From assembly GCA_963715985.1 (NCBI GenBank), contig CAVQSP010000021.1:1-64000 (forward strand): a stretch of DNA of 64,000 bases. The letters run 5' to 3'. Below, one piece after another: positions 11,083 to 23,345 of this stretch. Every line of letters begins with the position of its first letter. Positions within the stretch are counted from its first letter, which is position 1. This DNA comes from an uncultured Thermoleophilia bacterium (lineage in GTDB: Bacteria; Actinomycetota; Thermoleophilia; UBA2241). The notes beneath the pieces are model-generated. The model did not search any database and had not been told where the DNA came from. It worked only from the letters and a program-made list of their open reading frames with translations. The position numbers and the translations under genes were made by a program.

Positions 11083-11862
11083 ATGCGTGGACTCACCGGC
11101 AAGGTCGCGCTCGTCACCGGCGGTTCGTCAGGCCTGGGCGAGGCGATCGTGTACCGGCTGGCCGAGGAGGGTGTGAGCGTAGCCGTCTGCGGCCGCGACG
11201 AGGCACGGACGACGTCGGTCGCCGAGCGGGCGGCCGCCCGGGCGCGCGCGTCTGGGCACGAGGCGGAGACGGCGGTCGTGCTCGGCGACGTCTGCGCGGT
11301 CGCCGACTGCGACCGCCTCGTCGCCGCGACACTGGTGCGTTTCGGCCGCCTCGACATCCTCGTGAACTCCGCCGGGGTGTGGCTGGAGAAGTCGATCCTC
11401 GAGACGAGTGAGGCGGAGTGGGACTGGTGCGTGGACACCTGCCTCAAGGGCACATACTTCATGTGCAAGGCGGCGCTGGCGCACATGGTGCCGCGCCGGA
11501 GCGGCGTCATCGTCAACATCGCCAGCGACTCGGGCATCCACGGCGAGCCGGGCGCCGCCGTCTACTCCGCCGCCAAGGCGGGCGTGGTGATGCTGACCCG
11601 CACGCTTGCCATCGATCACGGACCCGACGGCGTCCGCGTGTGCAGCGTGTGCCCGGCGGTCATCGACACGCCCATGCTCGCCGCCGCGATCGCGGCAGCG
11701 CCGGACCCGGTCGCCTACACCGACGGCATGGAAGAAGCCTACCCGCTCAAGCGCATCGGCCGCCCCGACGAGGTGGCCGCCGCAGTCGCGTTCCTGGCCA
11801 GCGACGAGGCGAGCTTCGTCACCGGACGGCCGTTCGTCGTGGACGGGGGAGTGACGGCCTGA
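11083..11862 (+). CDS. SDR family oxidoreductase
   Basis: [22 protein letters not shown]. Confidence 0.92.
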   Translation: MRGLTGKVALVTGGSSGLGEAIVYRLAEEGVSVAVCGRDEARTTSVAERAAARARASGHEAETAVVLGDVCAVADCDRLVAATLVRFGRLDILVNSAGVWLEKSILETSEAEWDWCVDTCLKGTYFMCKAALAHMVPRRSGVIVNIASDSGIHGEPGAAVYSAAKAGVVMLTRTLAIDHGPDGVRVCSVCPAVIDTPMLAAAIAAAPDPVAYTDGMEEAYPLKRIGRPDEVAAAVAFLASDEASFVTGRPFVVDGGVTA

Positions 11863-11932
11863 GGAGCACGCCGCGGGCGGCGCGCGGCGTGCCGAAGCCC
11901 CCGTCGCCATCCGGCCGACCGCGCTTCGTCGG

Positions 11933-12964
11933 TCAGTCGTACGGGTGCGCGGCCACGAACGCGTCGATCTCCCCAAGGAGGTCGCAGACGCGCTCCGGAG
12001 GAAGCCACGTGGCCGTGATGGAGTTGCGCGCCAGAGCCACGATGTCGTGGTAGGTGAGTCCGAGGGCGCGTTGCGCGGCTTCGTAGTTGGCCGCCAGGTA
12101 GCCGTCGAAGTAGGCCGGGTCGTCTGAGTTGACGGTGACGTCCACGCCGGCGTCGAGCAGCCGCTTGAGGGGGTGCTGTGACAGGTCCGGCGTCACCTTC
12201 AGCTCGAGGTTGCTGAGCGGGCACATGGTGAGCGGGATCCCGGTGCCGGCAAGGTGAGCCTCCAGGTCCGGGTCCTCGATGGCGCGCACGCCGTGGTCGA
12301 TGCGCACCACGTGGAGAAGCTCGATGGCCTCGCGGATGTACTCCGGCGGTCCCTCCTCGCCGGCGTGTGCGACGGCGTGGTAGCCGGCCGCGCGCGCGGC
12401 GCGGTAGACGTCGACGAAGTCACGCGGCGGGTGCCCCACCTCGGCGGAGTCGAGACCGACACCCGCGATGAGGTGCCGGTATGGGCGCGCCGTCTCCAGC
12501 GTGGCCATTGCGCTGGCGGGGCTCTTGTCGCGCAGGAAGCACATGATGAGTCGCCAGCTCAGGCCCCACGCGCGCTCGGCCTCCACCAGGGCGGCACGCA
12601 TCCCCTCCATGAACACCGGGAAGCGCACGCCGCGCGGCAAGTGGCTCTGCGGGTCGAAGAAGATCTCCACATGGCGCGCGCCGTCGGCCTGGACGCGGCG
12701 CAGGTAGGCAGCGGTCAGCTCGTAGAAGTCCTGCTCCGTGACGAGCACGGCGACGCCCTCGTAGTAGAGGTCGAGGAAGTGCTGGAGGTCGTTGAAGTGA
12801 TACGTGGCGCGACACTCCGCGGCGGTGGTGCAGGGAAGTTCGATGCCGTTGCGCTCGCCCAGCTCGAGGAGCATCTCCGGCTCCAGGGTCCCCTCGATGT
12901 GGACGTGGATCTCGGCCTTGGGGATGCCGCGGATGAACTCCTGCATGCGCTGGTCGTCGGTCAC
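11933..12964 (-). CDS. add: Adenosine/adenine deaminase
   Basis: PKAEIHVHIEG, HAGEEG, RIDHG, CPLSN, NSDDPAYF; GTG start after GGAG. Confidence 0.92.
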   Translation of the reverse strand: MTDDQRMQEFIRGIPKAEIHVHIEGTLEPEMLLELGERNGIELPCTTAAECRATYHFNDLQHFLDLYYEGVAVLVTEQDFYELTAAYLRRVQADGARHVEIFFDPQSHLPRGVRFPVFMEGMRAALVEAERAWGLSWRLIMCFLRDKSPASAMATLETARPYRHLIAGVGLDSAEVGHPPRDFVDVYRAARAAGYHAVAHAGEEGPPEYIREAIELLHVVRIDHGVRAIEDPDLEAHLAGTGIPLTMCPLSNLELKVTPDLSQHPLKRLLDAGVDVTVNSDDPAYFDGYLAANYEAAQRALGLTYHDIVALARNSITATWLPPERVCDLLGEIDAFVAAHPYD

Positions 12965-13118
12965 TGCTCCTCCCGGGACGTTGTTGTGACGCTTGTACCC
13001 GCTCGGGGCCCCGGCGAGACAGACGCGGCGTGGTGCCGGGCGCGCCGCCGGCGTATGGTCGCTGTGAACGCGGCGCAGACGTCGGGGGGCGCCGTGACAC
13101 GGGGAGGACGGTGACGCG

Positions 13119-14273
13119 ATGGGCGCGACGGTGCTGGTGCTCGGCGGTTCGGGCATGGCCGGAGGGATCCTTGCTCGTCTCCTGCTGGAGGAGAGCGACG
13201 CGACGGTGGTGATCGCCGGCCGCGACGAGGCGCGGGCGGCGCGGACGGCGGCGGAGCTGGGAGCTGAGCACGGCGCGTCGCGGGTGTCCGCGCGCCGTGC
13301 CGATGCCGCCGACGGAGCCGCGCTGGACGCCGCCTTCCGTGGCGTGGACCTGGTCGCCGTCGCGTCCAGCACGCCTGCGCACGCCGGCACGGTGGCGGAC
13401 GCCGCCCTGCGCGCCGGCGCCGACTACTTCGACCTGCAGCTCTCGACGGCGGCCAAGATCGGTGCCCTCGAGGCGCTCCGCCGGCGCCTCACCACTGAGG
13501 GCCGCTGCTTCATCACGGACGGTGGCATCCATCCGGGCCTGTCCGCGGCGATGATCCGCGCGCTGCTTCCGGCCTTCGGCCGCGTCGAGCGCGCCGACGC
13601 CGCCGGCCTGATGCGCGCCGACTGGTCCGCCTACGACATCCGCCCGGGCACCCTCGACGAGCTCGTCGACGAGCTTCGCGACTTCCGCGTCGAAGCGCTG
13701 CGGGACGGGGTCTGGCGCAAGGTCTCGTCGTGGGACATGCAGAAGCACGTGGACTTCGGCCCGCCTTGGGGCAGCGAAGCTTGCTCTCTGATGTACCTCG
13801 AGGAGATGCGCCGGCTGCCGGAGGTCGTGCCGGGGCTGCGCGAAGCCGGCTTCTACGTGGCCGGCTTCAACAAGGTCGTGGACTACCTCTTCATGCCGGC
13901 CGGCATGGTGGCGATGAAGGTCGCGCCTGACCGGCTGGGACCGCCGTTCTCCCGGGCCATGCTCTGGGGTCTGCGCCGGTTCGGTGCGCCGCCGTATGGC
14001 ACCGTCTTCCAGGCGGACGTGGAGGGCGAGGCGCCCGGAGGGCATGGCGGACGCCGCATCGCCTGCCTGCGGGTGACGCACGCGGACGCGTACTTCCTCA
14101 CCAGCGCCGCCGCCGCGGCGTGCCTGTTGCAGTACCTGGACGGCACCATCCGCCGACCCGGTCTGTGGCTCCAGGGCCTGGCCGTCGCACCGGGACGCTT
14201 CTTCACCGATCTGCAGCGTCTGGGCGTGGGCGTGGCGGTGAGGGGGGCTCCTGAAGTGGTGGCCGGGAAGTGA
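13119..14273 (+). CDS. Saccharopine dehydrogenase-like NAD(P)-binding oxidoreductase
   Basis: LGGSGMAG, IAGRD, ADYFD, GGIHPGLS. Confidence 0.8.
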   Translation: MGATVLVLGGSGMAGGILARLLLEESDATVVIAGRDEARAARTAAELGAEHGASRVSARRADAADGAALDAAFRGVDLVAVASSTPAHAGTVADAALRAGADYFDLQLSTAAKIGALEALRRRLTTEGRCFITDGGIHPGLSAAMIRALLPAFGRVERADAAGLMRADWSAYDIRPGTLDELVDELRDFRVEALRDGVWRKVSSWDMQKHVDFGPPWGSEACSLMYLEEMRRLPEVVPGLREAGFYVAGFNKVVDYLFMPAGMVAMKVAPDRLGPPFSRAMLWGLRRFGAPPYGTVFQADVEGEAPGGHGGRRIACLRVTHADAYFLTSAAAAACLLQYLDGTIRRPGLWLQGLAVAPGRFFTDLQRLGVGVAVRGAPEVVAGK

Positions 14274-14366
14274 GGCGCCGGAGGCGCGGCCGCTTGCGGC
14301 CCGCGCGTCCGGCGCCGCTGCCGTCGGGGCGCCGGTCCGTCTCGCCGGGGTGCTAGAGTCGGCGCC

Positions 14367-15395
14367 GTGAAGGACGACGCGCCGACGGACAGATCACCGG
14401 GCCGTGCCGCGCGGGTGGTGCTCGCCGTCGCGGCCGCGTTCGTCGCCGTCTCCGTGCTCTGGGGCTGCAGCGCAGGGAGCGGCGGGGGCACCGGCGTCGG
14501 GAGCTCGCCGGTGCAGCCGTGGCCGTCCGCCTCCCCGACCAAGAAGCCGCACACGCCCAAGCCGTCGCCGACGGCGGGGCAGGGCGCCGGTGCCGGTCTT
14601 GCCGCCCGCGCCACCTGGGTCGTCTTCATCGACGTCGGCCAGGGCGACGCGGCCGCGGTGCGCTCGGGCAGGTGGTCCGGGCTCATCGACGGCGGCCCGG
14701 CCGGCTCGGAAGAGGCCGTCGAGGCGGCGCTGCGCAGACTGGGCGTGCGCCGCCTGAGCGCAGTGGCGGTCTCTCACATGCATGCCGACCACATCGGAGC
14801 CCTGCCGCACCTCATCGAGGAGTGGCGGCCCAGGGTGGTCTACGTGGCCGCCAGACCCACGGCGGCGCTCAGGAGGGCGTGTTCCGCCGCCGGCGCCAGG
14901 GTCACCCGGGTGGCGAAGGGATCGCCCGCCATGCGCTGGGGCGCGGCGACCGCCAGGGTGCTCAGCCCGGCAAGCCGCTCCGGCGACGCCAACGAGGACA
15001 GCATGGTCGTCCTCCTCGAGGCGGCGGGCAGACGGTTCCTGTTCACCGGCGACTGCACGGGGCCGAACGAGGCGGCCGTGGGCGTCATCTGCGCGCGCGG
15101 CCCGCCGCTCACGGTGCTCAAGGTGGCACACCACGGCTCCGGGTACTCCACCTCGAGCACGTTCCTCGCAGACGCGCGTCCCAAGGCTGCCGTGATCAGC
15201 GTGGGCCCGAACTCCTACGGGCATCCGACCGCCGAGGCGCTGGGGCGGCTCCGCCGGGCCGGCGCCACCGTGTACACCACCTGGAAGAACGGCACCATCA
15301 CCTTCACGGTCGGCGCGAACGGCGCCCTCAAGCGCTCGTTCTCACGGTCGCCGCAGCGGGTCAAGAGCCGGGCCGACGCGCGCGGCGGCTCGTGA
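14367..15395 (+). CDS. ComEC/Rec2-type MBL-fold lipoprotein
   Basis: Lipobox-like LWGC, FIDVGQGDA, SHMHADHIG, LFTGD, KVAHHGS, NSYGHP. Confidence 0.88.
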   Translation: MKDDAPTDRSPGRAARVVLAVAAAFVAVSVLWGCSAGSGGGTGVGSSPVQPWPSASPTKKPHTPKPSPTAGQGAGAGLAARATWVVFIDVGQGDAAAVRSGRWSGLIDGGPAGSEEAVEAALRRLGVRRLSAVAVSHMHADHIGALPHLIEEWRPRVVYVAARPTAALRRACSAAGARVTRVAKGSPAMRWGAATARVLSPASRSGDANEDSMVVLLEAAGRRFLFTGDCTGPNEAAVGVICARGPPLTVLKVAHHGSGYSTSSTFLADARPKAAVISVGPNSYGHPTAEALGRLRRAGATVYTTWKNGTITFTVGANGALKRSFSRSPQRVKSRADARGGS

Positions 15396-15442
15396 GCGGG
15401 CGCCGCGCGCAGCACTGACAGGTCGCACGGCGCTTGGCCCGG

Positions 15443-16348
15443 CTACGCCGGCCGGCCGTTCTCGTCGCCGTCGGGCTCGAAGCGCGCCACGTCGGGCGGC
15501 ATGAGGCGCCGCCACTCGCCGCGCACACCGTCGTGCAGGGCGCCCAGCTCGGCGTGGAGCATGGCGATGCCGAAGTCGATGGGCGCCGTCCAGTAGGCGC
15601 GCTCGGCGCTCGCGAGCACCAGGGCGCCGCCGTCCATGCGAAAGCGCCAGGGCTGGCGGTTGGCCCCGGACGGCGCCAGGCGTGCCGCCTCTACAGCCGT
15701 GACGGCCCACGCAGGCCACGAGCCGGCAGCCGACCCGCCCCCGCTCTGCCACACGCCCCGCACGAGACCCGGGGCGATGTCCTCCACCTGCCTGCGGGCG
15801 GCGGAGCGCACAGCCGTGCTCATCATGCGCTCCACGACGGCCTTGCGCTCCAGCGGGTGGCCAAGAGGCGTCACCGCGATGACCTTCTCGCCGGTCCGCG
15901 GATGGGCGAGGCGGGCGGCGGTGGCGTGGTCGAACATGCCGGCCACCCAGCAGGTGCCGAGCCCGAGGCGGGTAGCTTCGAGGACGAAGGCCTCTCCCAC
16001 ATAGCCCGCCTCAGTCTCGCTGCCGGCGGGGCCCACGAAGGCCGCCGTCCACGGTGCCCCCTCCACGCGGCCGTAGGCGCCACCGAAGCGGTCCAGCAGG
16101 CCGGTGAACACGTCGCCCGCGCCTTCGGCGAGGACGACACGCACATCGCCGGCCAGCCTGAAGCGTTCGCAGAACGCGACGAGCTGGTCCACGTCTGCCG
16201 CGGCGATGCTGCGTGCGCTGTAGCGGCGCCGCGAGCGGCGTGCGGTGATGGCGTCGTACCAGGCCGGATCGAGAGCAGGTCGTGCGGCGGCTTCGCGCCC
16301 GCCCTCCTCAGCCGCGGAGGCTTGCGGCTGCCTTCGCGAAGTGCTCAC
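15443..16348 (-). CDS. Two-domain nitroreductase family protein
   Basis: RRSRRRY, GLGTCWVAG, ARLAPSGANRQPWRF, DFGIAMLH. Confidence 0.85.
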   Translation of the reverse strand: MSTSRRQPQASAAEEGGREAAARPALDPAWYDAITARRSRRRYSARSIAAADVDQLVAFCERFRLAGDVRVVLAEGAGDVFTGLLDRFGGAYGRVEGAPWTAAFVGPAGSETEAGYVGEAFVLEATRLGLGTCWVAGMFDHATAARLAHPRTGEKVIAVTPLGHPLERKAVVERMMSTAVRSAARRQVEDIAPGLVRGVWQSGGGSAAGSWPAWAVTAVEAARLAPSGANRQPWRFRMDGGALVLASAERAYWTAPIDFGIAMLHAELGALHDGVRGEWRRLMPPDVARFEPDGDENGRPA

Positions 16349-16358
16349 GAGGCGCCCT

Positions 16359-16772
16359 TCACGCGATCTCGTCGCCGGCGTGCGGTCCCGGCCCCATGTC
16401 CCAGACCGATTCCACGGTGATGCGGACCACGTACTTCATGGGCGGCAGGTGCAGCTGCTCGCTGATGACCTTGAGCTTCTCGTTGACCGTGTCGAACACC
16501 TCACCCTGGTCGATGAGCTCGGCGCGTCCCTTGACCTGCATCGCCACCTTGCGCTCGGGGTCGTGGATGCCCACGGCCACGCGGGGGTCGTGCTGCAGGT
16601 TCTCGCGCGTCTTGTGGCTGAACATGTCGGCGAAGTAGAGGTGCTCGTCGTCAAGCAGGGCCCCGCTGCCCTTGATGGACACGTTGGGCATGCCGTCGGG
16701 GCCCACCGTGGCGACCCACACGTTGTGGCCGCCGGCGAGCAGGTCGTGCAGCTCCTGGGGGATGGTGGTCAT
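16359..16772 (-). CDS. Pyridoxamine 5'-phosphate oxidase-like flavin-binding protein
   Basis: VATVGPDGMPNVS, KTRENLQHDPRVAV, QVKGRAE; GAGG RBS. Confidence 0.85.
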   Translation of the reverse strand: MTTIPQELHDLLAGGHNVWVATVGPDGMPNVSIKGSGALLDDEHLYFADMFSHKTRENLQHDPRVAVGIHDPERKVAMQVKGRAELIDQGEVFDTVNEKLKVISEQLHLPPMKYVVRITVESVWDMGPGPHAGDEIA

Positions 16773-16915
16773 GGGAGCCTCCTCGAGGTCGTTGCCGCAC
16801 AACCTACCCGCGGCGGCTCTCGCTACACCAGTGGCCCGGCGCCTCCTGTTGGCTGACGCGACGTGCTGGGCATATCTGGGTGGCTTGTCTGCGACGCCGC
16901 CATGGGGAGGAAGAG

Positions 16916-17852
16916 ATGCACGCACGCTGGAGCGCTCTGGACGTGCCCCCGCAGCTCGGACGGGTGGCGGTGGTCACCGGTGGCACCGGAGGCATCGGAC
17001 ATGCCGTGGCCAGGGGACTGGCGCGAGCCGGCGCCACCGTCGTGCTTGGCGTGCGCGACGAGGCGCGCGGGGCGGCGGCGGCCAACGACATCCGCGCCGC
17101 CGGGCCGGGTCCCACCGTCATCGTCGCCCACCTCGACCTCGCCAGCCTCTCCTCGATACGGGAGTTCGCCACACGGCTGCACGGAGAGATCGAGGGCCCC
17201 GACGTGCTCGTCAACTGCGCCGGCGTGATGGCCGTGCCGCACCAGGTCACGGCCGACGGCTTCGAGATGCAGTTCGGCGTCAACCACCTCGGGCACTTCG
17301 CCCTCACGGGCCTGTTGATCGGCCGCATGCTGGCGCGCCCGGGCGCCCGCGTGGTGACGGTGAGCAGCATCAACCACCGCGCCGGCAGGATCGACTTCGA
17401 CGACCTGCAGGGGCAGGCCCGGTACCGTGCCTGGAAGGCCTACGGGCAGTCCAAGCTCGCCAATCTGCTCTTCGCCTTCGAGCTCGACCGTCGCCTCCGC
17501 GCCGCCGGCGCCGTCGTGGCGAGCCTGGGCGCCCATCCCGGCTACTCGAACACCCGGCTGCAGTCGCACATCGGCAATCCTCTCGTGCGGCGCATCTTCC
17601 TGGCCTCCAACCGCTTCTTCGCACAACCGGCGGAGGCCGGCGCTCTGCCCGTGCTGTACGCGGCCACGGCGCCGGGAGTGACGGGCGGGGCCTACGCCGG
17701 TCCGGACAGGTTCTTCGAGCTGCGCGGCGCGCCGGGCCCGGCCAAGGCGAGCGCCGCGTCTCACGACCCGCTGCTGGCGCGGCGCCTCTGGGAGGTCTCC
17801 GAGGGACTCACCGGCGTGGTGCTACCCTTCGCCGGCCACGGCCGGCGCGTGA
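16916..17852 (+). CDS. SDR oxidoreductase (retinol-dehydrogenase-like); 3' end reconstructed
   Basis: TGGTGGIG, LDLASL, FGVNHLGHF, YGQSKLAN; the raw ORF reads to 18049 into the convergent gene, suggesting a terminal frameshift. Confidence 0.85.
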
Positions 17853-17865
17853 GCGCCGGCGGCGG

Positions 17866-18561
17866 TCAGCCGCCGCTGACCACCTTGAGGTTCATGACAC
17901 CGGTGCCGGTGGCGCCCCACAGGCGCAGCCAGAGCGGCATCCACATCTCGAGGCCGCGCGCGGCCGTGATGTCGCCGAGGTCCAGCACGTGCCGCCAGCC
18001 GAACCACGCGGTCAGCACCTCGCGGGCCACCCAGTCCTTGGCGCCCTGATCGTCGCCGGCCACGAACACGGTGGTCTGATCGGGCAGCTGCCCGGGGTCG
18101 ATCATGACGGCGGCGTTCATCGTGTTGAGCGTCTTGACGACGCGGGTGTCGGGCAGAGCCGCCTGGATGCGCTCGCCCAGCGAGTCGGTGTTGCAGAAGA
18201 GCAGCGTGGGGGGCATGCCGCGCGAGAAGTCGAGCGGGTTGGCCACGTCCACGAGGATCTTGCCGTGCAGGTGAGCTGCGTCGGCGCTCTGCAGCGCATC
18301 CAGTGAGTGCTCGCCCACCGTCGCGTTGATGATGAGCTCGCCGAAGGCGGCGGCGTCGGCGAAGCTCCCCGCCGCCGCCGCGCGGCCCAAGGCTCTCTGC
18401 GCCGCTGCGAACTCGCCGGCCGACGGGATCGCGCCCCGGCCGCCGCGGTCCTTGGCCGCTGTGATGTCCCGCGAGCTCACCATGACGCCGTGCCCGAGCT
18501 CGAGCAGCTTGCCGCCCAGGGTCTGTGCGACCGGACCGGAGCCGATGATGCCGATATCCAT
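17866..18561 (-). CDS. NADPH-dependent F420 reductase-like oxidoreductase
   Basis: IGIIGSGPVA, DVANPL, RVVKTLNT, DLGDITAARGLE. Confidence 0.85.
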   Translation of the reverse strand: MDIGIIGSGPVAQTLGGKLLELGHGVMVSSRDITAAKDRGGRGAIPSAGEFAAAQRALGRAAAAGSFADAAAFGELIINATVGEHSLDALQSADAAHLHGKILVDVANPLDFSRGMPPTLLFCNTDSLGERIQAALPDTRVVKTLNTMNAAVMIDPGQLPDQTTVFVAGDDQGAKDWVAREVLTAWFGWRHVLDLGDITAARGLEMWMPLWLRLWGATGTGVMNLKVVSGG

Positions 18562-18762
18562 GACGTCCTCCGAGAGGGTGTGCCGTTCGAACGTGCCTCC
18601 GTTGTTCCCGCGTCCACTGTCGCCGACGCACGCCGGAGGCGCATCCGCGGTGACCGCGTGGCTCAAGGCCTCGCGGTGTTGTCCCGATAGAACACACAGG
18701 GCTGGCCGCGTGTGCCAGTCTGGCCAATCGAAGCCTGGCGAGGGCAGGGACGGTCCGGCGTA

Positions 18763-21700
18763 GTGACTGCCGATCTCGACTACATCATGTTCGTGTACGG
18801 GCTCGGCTTCGTCCTGCTCGCCATCACGCTCCTCGGCCTGAGCTCGGGAGTGTCGTCGCCGTTGCCGTGGCGGTGGCTGGCCGTGTCCTCTGTGCTGCTT
18901 GGCCTCTGCTTCTGGGTGGACGCCGTCATCGTCGCGTTCCACGAGCAGGTGGCGCTGGACGTGACGCGGTCGCTGCTGCTCCTGGTGTCGGGCGCGTTCC
19001 TCGTGGAGTTCGCGCGGGTCAGCTGGGCGACGGTGGGCGGGCGCCTTGGTCGGCCGCTGGGTCCTGCTGCCGCTCCTCGCTCTGGCGCTGCTTGGCGGAC
19101 TCGCCGGATGGGGCGGCATCGACGCCTCGGCCGGCTACGCCCTGGGACTGACCGGCGGGCTCTGGAGCGCCGCCGCGCTCTGGCGCTTCCAGCGCGGCGG
19201 CGCTCCGCATGCCGGTCCGCTCCGCGTGAGCGCGGTGTCCATGGTCGTCTTCGTGCTGCTGGAGTTCCTGTTCCCCGTGAAGGCCGCGCTGCCGCCGGCG
19301 ACGTGGGTCAACGAGGACTCGTTCCGCGCCGCGGTGGGCGCGCCGGTCCAGCTGCTGTGCATGGCCGCTGCCGTCCCGTTCCTGGCAGGGCTCTGGCTCT
19401 ACTACCGTGCCCTGCTGCGGGACGCCCACCCACGGCTCGTCGACCGCGCCGGGAGGATCATCCAGCTGCTCGTCGTTGCCCTGCTCGCGGCGATCGTCGC
19501 GGGCGGCTATGTGGTGACGACGAGAGCAGGAGACAGTGCCGACCGCGAGCGGCGCGCGGAGCTCAAGGTGCGGACCGCGTTGGCTGCCGGTGCGATCGAC
19601 CCGATGCTGGTCGTGCGCCAGACGGCAAGTGACCTGGACGTGGGCACCGTGGCCTACGACGCGCTGCGCCGGCAGCTGGCCCTGATGAAGGCCGTCAGCC
19701 CCGACATCCGCTGGTTCTACCTCATGAAGCAGGTCGACGGAGCCATCCTCTTCACCGTCGACGGCATTCCCCTGGACGATCCGGGCCACGCGGAGCCCGG
19801 CACCCGCTACCTGGAGCCGCCACCCGGCCTGGCGCGGGTGTTCTCGACCGGAAGGAGCCTGACGGTGGGTCCGTACACCGACGAGTGGGGGAGCTTCGTG
19901 TCGAGCTTCGCCCCGGTCGAGGACCTGACCACAGGACAGACCGTCGGCGTGCTCGGGGTCGACGAGGACGCCGCACAATGGCAAGAGGCCATCGCGAGGG
20001 CGCGCATCAGCCCCATCTTCGTCGCCCTTCTTCTCGCGCTGCTCGTCATCGGTGCGTACGTGGTCTGGCAGCGTCTGCGCCTCGACAGCATCTCTGTGGG
20101 CGAGAAGGAGAGGATGTACCGCTCGGTGCTTGAGGCCATGCAGAACGTCTTCTACCGCACCGACTTGGCCGGCACCCTCGTGCTCGCCAGCCCCTCGTTC
20201 GCGCGTCTCTTCGGCTACCGCTCCGTCGACGATGCCCTCGGCTGCAACCTCGCCGAGTCCGTGTACGTGAACCCACGTGACCGCGACGCCCTGGTCGAAC
20301 GGGTTCGCGAAGACGGGTCGGTCAGCGACTACGACGTGACCGTCCACAAGCTCGACGGTACCGTCATCAACGCGCAGTCCACGAGCCATCTGTGGATCGA
20401 CGACGACGGGACGGTCCTGGGCGTGGAAGGCGTGCTGCGCGACGTGACGGAGGAGAAGCGCAGGGAGGAGGAGCTGCGCTTCTCGCGCTTCCTCATCGAG
20501 CGCGCCGGCGAGGTGGTCTTCTGGATGACGGAGGACGGCGCCCTCAAGTACGCCAACCGCGCCGCCCGCGAGACGCTCGGCTACGACCTCCACGGAGTTC
20601 CTCGCCATGACCGTCCACGACCTCGACCCGTGGTTCCCCGCGGAGCGCTGGCCAGATCACATACGCGAGCTCAAGCAGGCAGGTGTGCTGAGGTTCGAGA
20701 CGCGCCACCGCCGCAAGGACGGCGTGCTCGTGCCCATGGAGGTCACCGCCATGTACATCGAGTTCGCGGGCGCCGCCTACGACGTCGCCTTCGCACGCGA
20801 TATCACCGAGCGCAAACGGGTCGAGGAGGAGCTGCGCGAGGGCCGCGAGCGTCTCGACTTCGTGCTCAAGTCGGCCGAGGTGGGCGCGTGGGAGTGGGAC
20901 ATGGTCACCAACGTGACGACCTGGGACGAGACGCTCGCAGGGCTCCTCGACCTGCCGGTGGAGGCGCGCCGCGGGACCTGGCAGAGCTTCGATCCGAGCA
21001 TCCACCCGGACGACCTCGAGCTCGTGGACGCCGTCGTCCAGGACGTGCTGCGCAGCGACGTGCCCTACCAGGTCGAGTACCGCGTGCTGCACGCGGACGG
21101 CCGCGTGACCTACGTGGAAGAGCGCGGCCGGGTGACCAGGGACGAGGGCGGCACGCCCGTCCGCCTGAGCGGGGTCACCTGGGACGTCACGCGGCGCCGC
21201 GAGATGGAGGGGTCGCTGCGGCTGGCCAAGGACGAGGCGGAGGCGGCGAGCCGCGAGCTCGAGGTCGCGGCCCGCCGCGCCAACGAGCTCGCCCTGGACG
21301 CGGAGGCCGCCAACGCCGCCAAGAGCGCCTTCCTCGCCAACATGAGCCACGAGATCCGCACGCCGATGAACGGCGTCATCGGGATGACGACGCTGCTCCT
21401 CGACACGGACCTGGACGAGGAGCAGCGAGACTACGCACTGACCGTGCAGAACAGCGCCGAGGCGCTGCTCACCGTGATCAACGACATCCTCGACTTCTCC
21501 AAGATCGAGGCCGGCAAGCTCGACATGGAGACGCTGGACTTCGATGTGCGCAGCACCGTGGAGGACACCTGCGACCTGCCCGCGCTGCATGCGGCGGGCA
21601 AGGGCCTGGAGCTCACTGCGCTCGTCGAGGCCGACGTGCCCTCGGCGCTTCGCGGCGATCCCGGGCGCCTGCGCCAGGTGATCACCAATCTCCTCGGCAA

Positions 21701-23345
21701 CGCCATCAAGTTCACCGAGCGGGGTGAGGTGGCGCTGAGCGTCGGCCTGGTGAGCGAGAGTGAGACCGAGGTGGTGCTGAGGTTCGAGGTATCGGACACC
21801 GGCATCGGCATCGCGCCCGAGCAGCGTGAGCAGCTCTTCGAGGCGTTCACCCAGGCCGACGCCTCGACCACGCGCAAGTACGGCGGCACGGGTCTGGGGC
21901 TCACCATCTCCCGGCGCCTCGTCGAGCTCATGGGCGGCGAGATCGGCGTCGACAGCTCGCCGGGGAAGGGCTCGACCTTCTGGTTCACCGGGAGGTTCGG
22001 ACGCCAGGACACCTCGGTCCTGGAGGTGTCCGAGGAGACGCTGCCGGTCGATGTCGCGGGCGTGCGCGTGCTGGCAGTGGACGACAATCGCACCAATCGC
22101 AAGGTCGTCGCCGGCATGCTCGACGCCTGGCGATGCCGGCACACGGAGGTCGAGGGCGCGCAGGCGGCGCTCGCCACCATGCGCGAGGCCTGTGCCTCCG
22201 GCGACCCCTTCCGCGTCGTGATCCTCGACATGATGATGCCGGAGATGGACGGCGAAGCGCTGGGCGCCGCGATCAAGAGCGACCCGGCGCTGGCGGCGAG
22301 CGACCTCATCATGATGACCTCGATGGGAACGCGCGGAGACGCCGGGCGCCTCGAGGCGCTCGGCTTCGCGGCGTACCTGACCAAACCGGTGAAGCAGTCG
22401 CAGCTCTTCGACTGCCTGATGGTGGTGCTGCACCGGCGCGACCGGGCGCAGCCGGCGGTCGCGCCGCGCATCGTCACGCGCCACGCGCTCGCCGAGCGCC
22501 GGAAGCGGACGGTGCGGATCCTCCTTGCCGAGGACAATGCGGTGAACCGCAGGGTCGCCTTGAAGACGCTGGAGAGGCTGGGCTACCGCGCGGACGCGGT
22601 GGTCAACGGCGCCGAGGCCTTGGAGGCGCTGGCCCGGCGCCGGTACGATGTGGTCCTCATGGACGTGCAGATGCCGGAAGTGGACGGCATGGAGGCGGCG
22701 CGGCTGGTGCGGGATCCCGGCTCGGACGTGCTCGATCACGCGGTGCCCATCGTCGCGTTGACAGCACACGCGCGGTCTGAGGACCGCGAGGCGTGCCTCG
22801 CGGCGGGCATGGACGACTACCTCTCCAAGCCCATCCGGCCGGAGCAGCTGGCCGCGGTCCTGGCGCGCTGGACGCGCCGCGACCAGCGCGCCGAGCTGGC
22901 AGTCGGTCTGGCTCCCCGGCCGCGGGCGGCGGCTCCGTCTGCGACCGGTCCCGCCGTGGAGACCTCGCCGGTGCCGGGAGCCCGCACAGGCGCGGCGGAA
23001 GGCGCGCCCGTCTTCGACGAGCGCGTCCTCCTCGACCTCCTTGGCGGCGACCGTGAGGCCGTCGCGGAGATCCTGGAAGAGTACGTGACCGACGCGCCAC
23101 GCCAGGTGGTGGCGATCCGGGAGGCCGTGCTGGCCGGCGACACCGAGCTCGCGCGGCGCCACGCGCACACGCTCAAGGGGGCGTCCGCCAACGTGGGAGC
23201 GGAGTCGGTGCGCGACGCGGCGTTCCGCCTCGAGCGGGCAGCCGGAAATGGGTCCGTCGAAGAGGGTGCGGGGCTCGTCGCCGCCGTCGAGTCCGAGCTG
23301 GGGCGCCTGATCGACGCCGTGCGAGCCGCGGGGATCGTGACGTGA
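18763..23345 (+). CDS. Hybrid sensor histidine kinase: multi-TM, Cache-like, 3x PAS, HisKA, HATPase, 2x REC, Hpt (frameshifts near 19045 and 20595)
   Basis: [36 protein letters not shown], two receiver domains, [13 protein letters not shown]. Confidence 0.92.
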
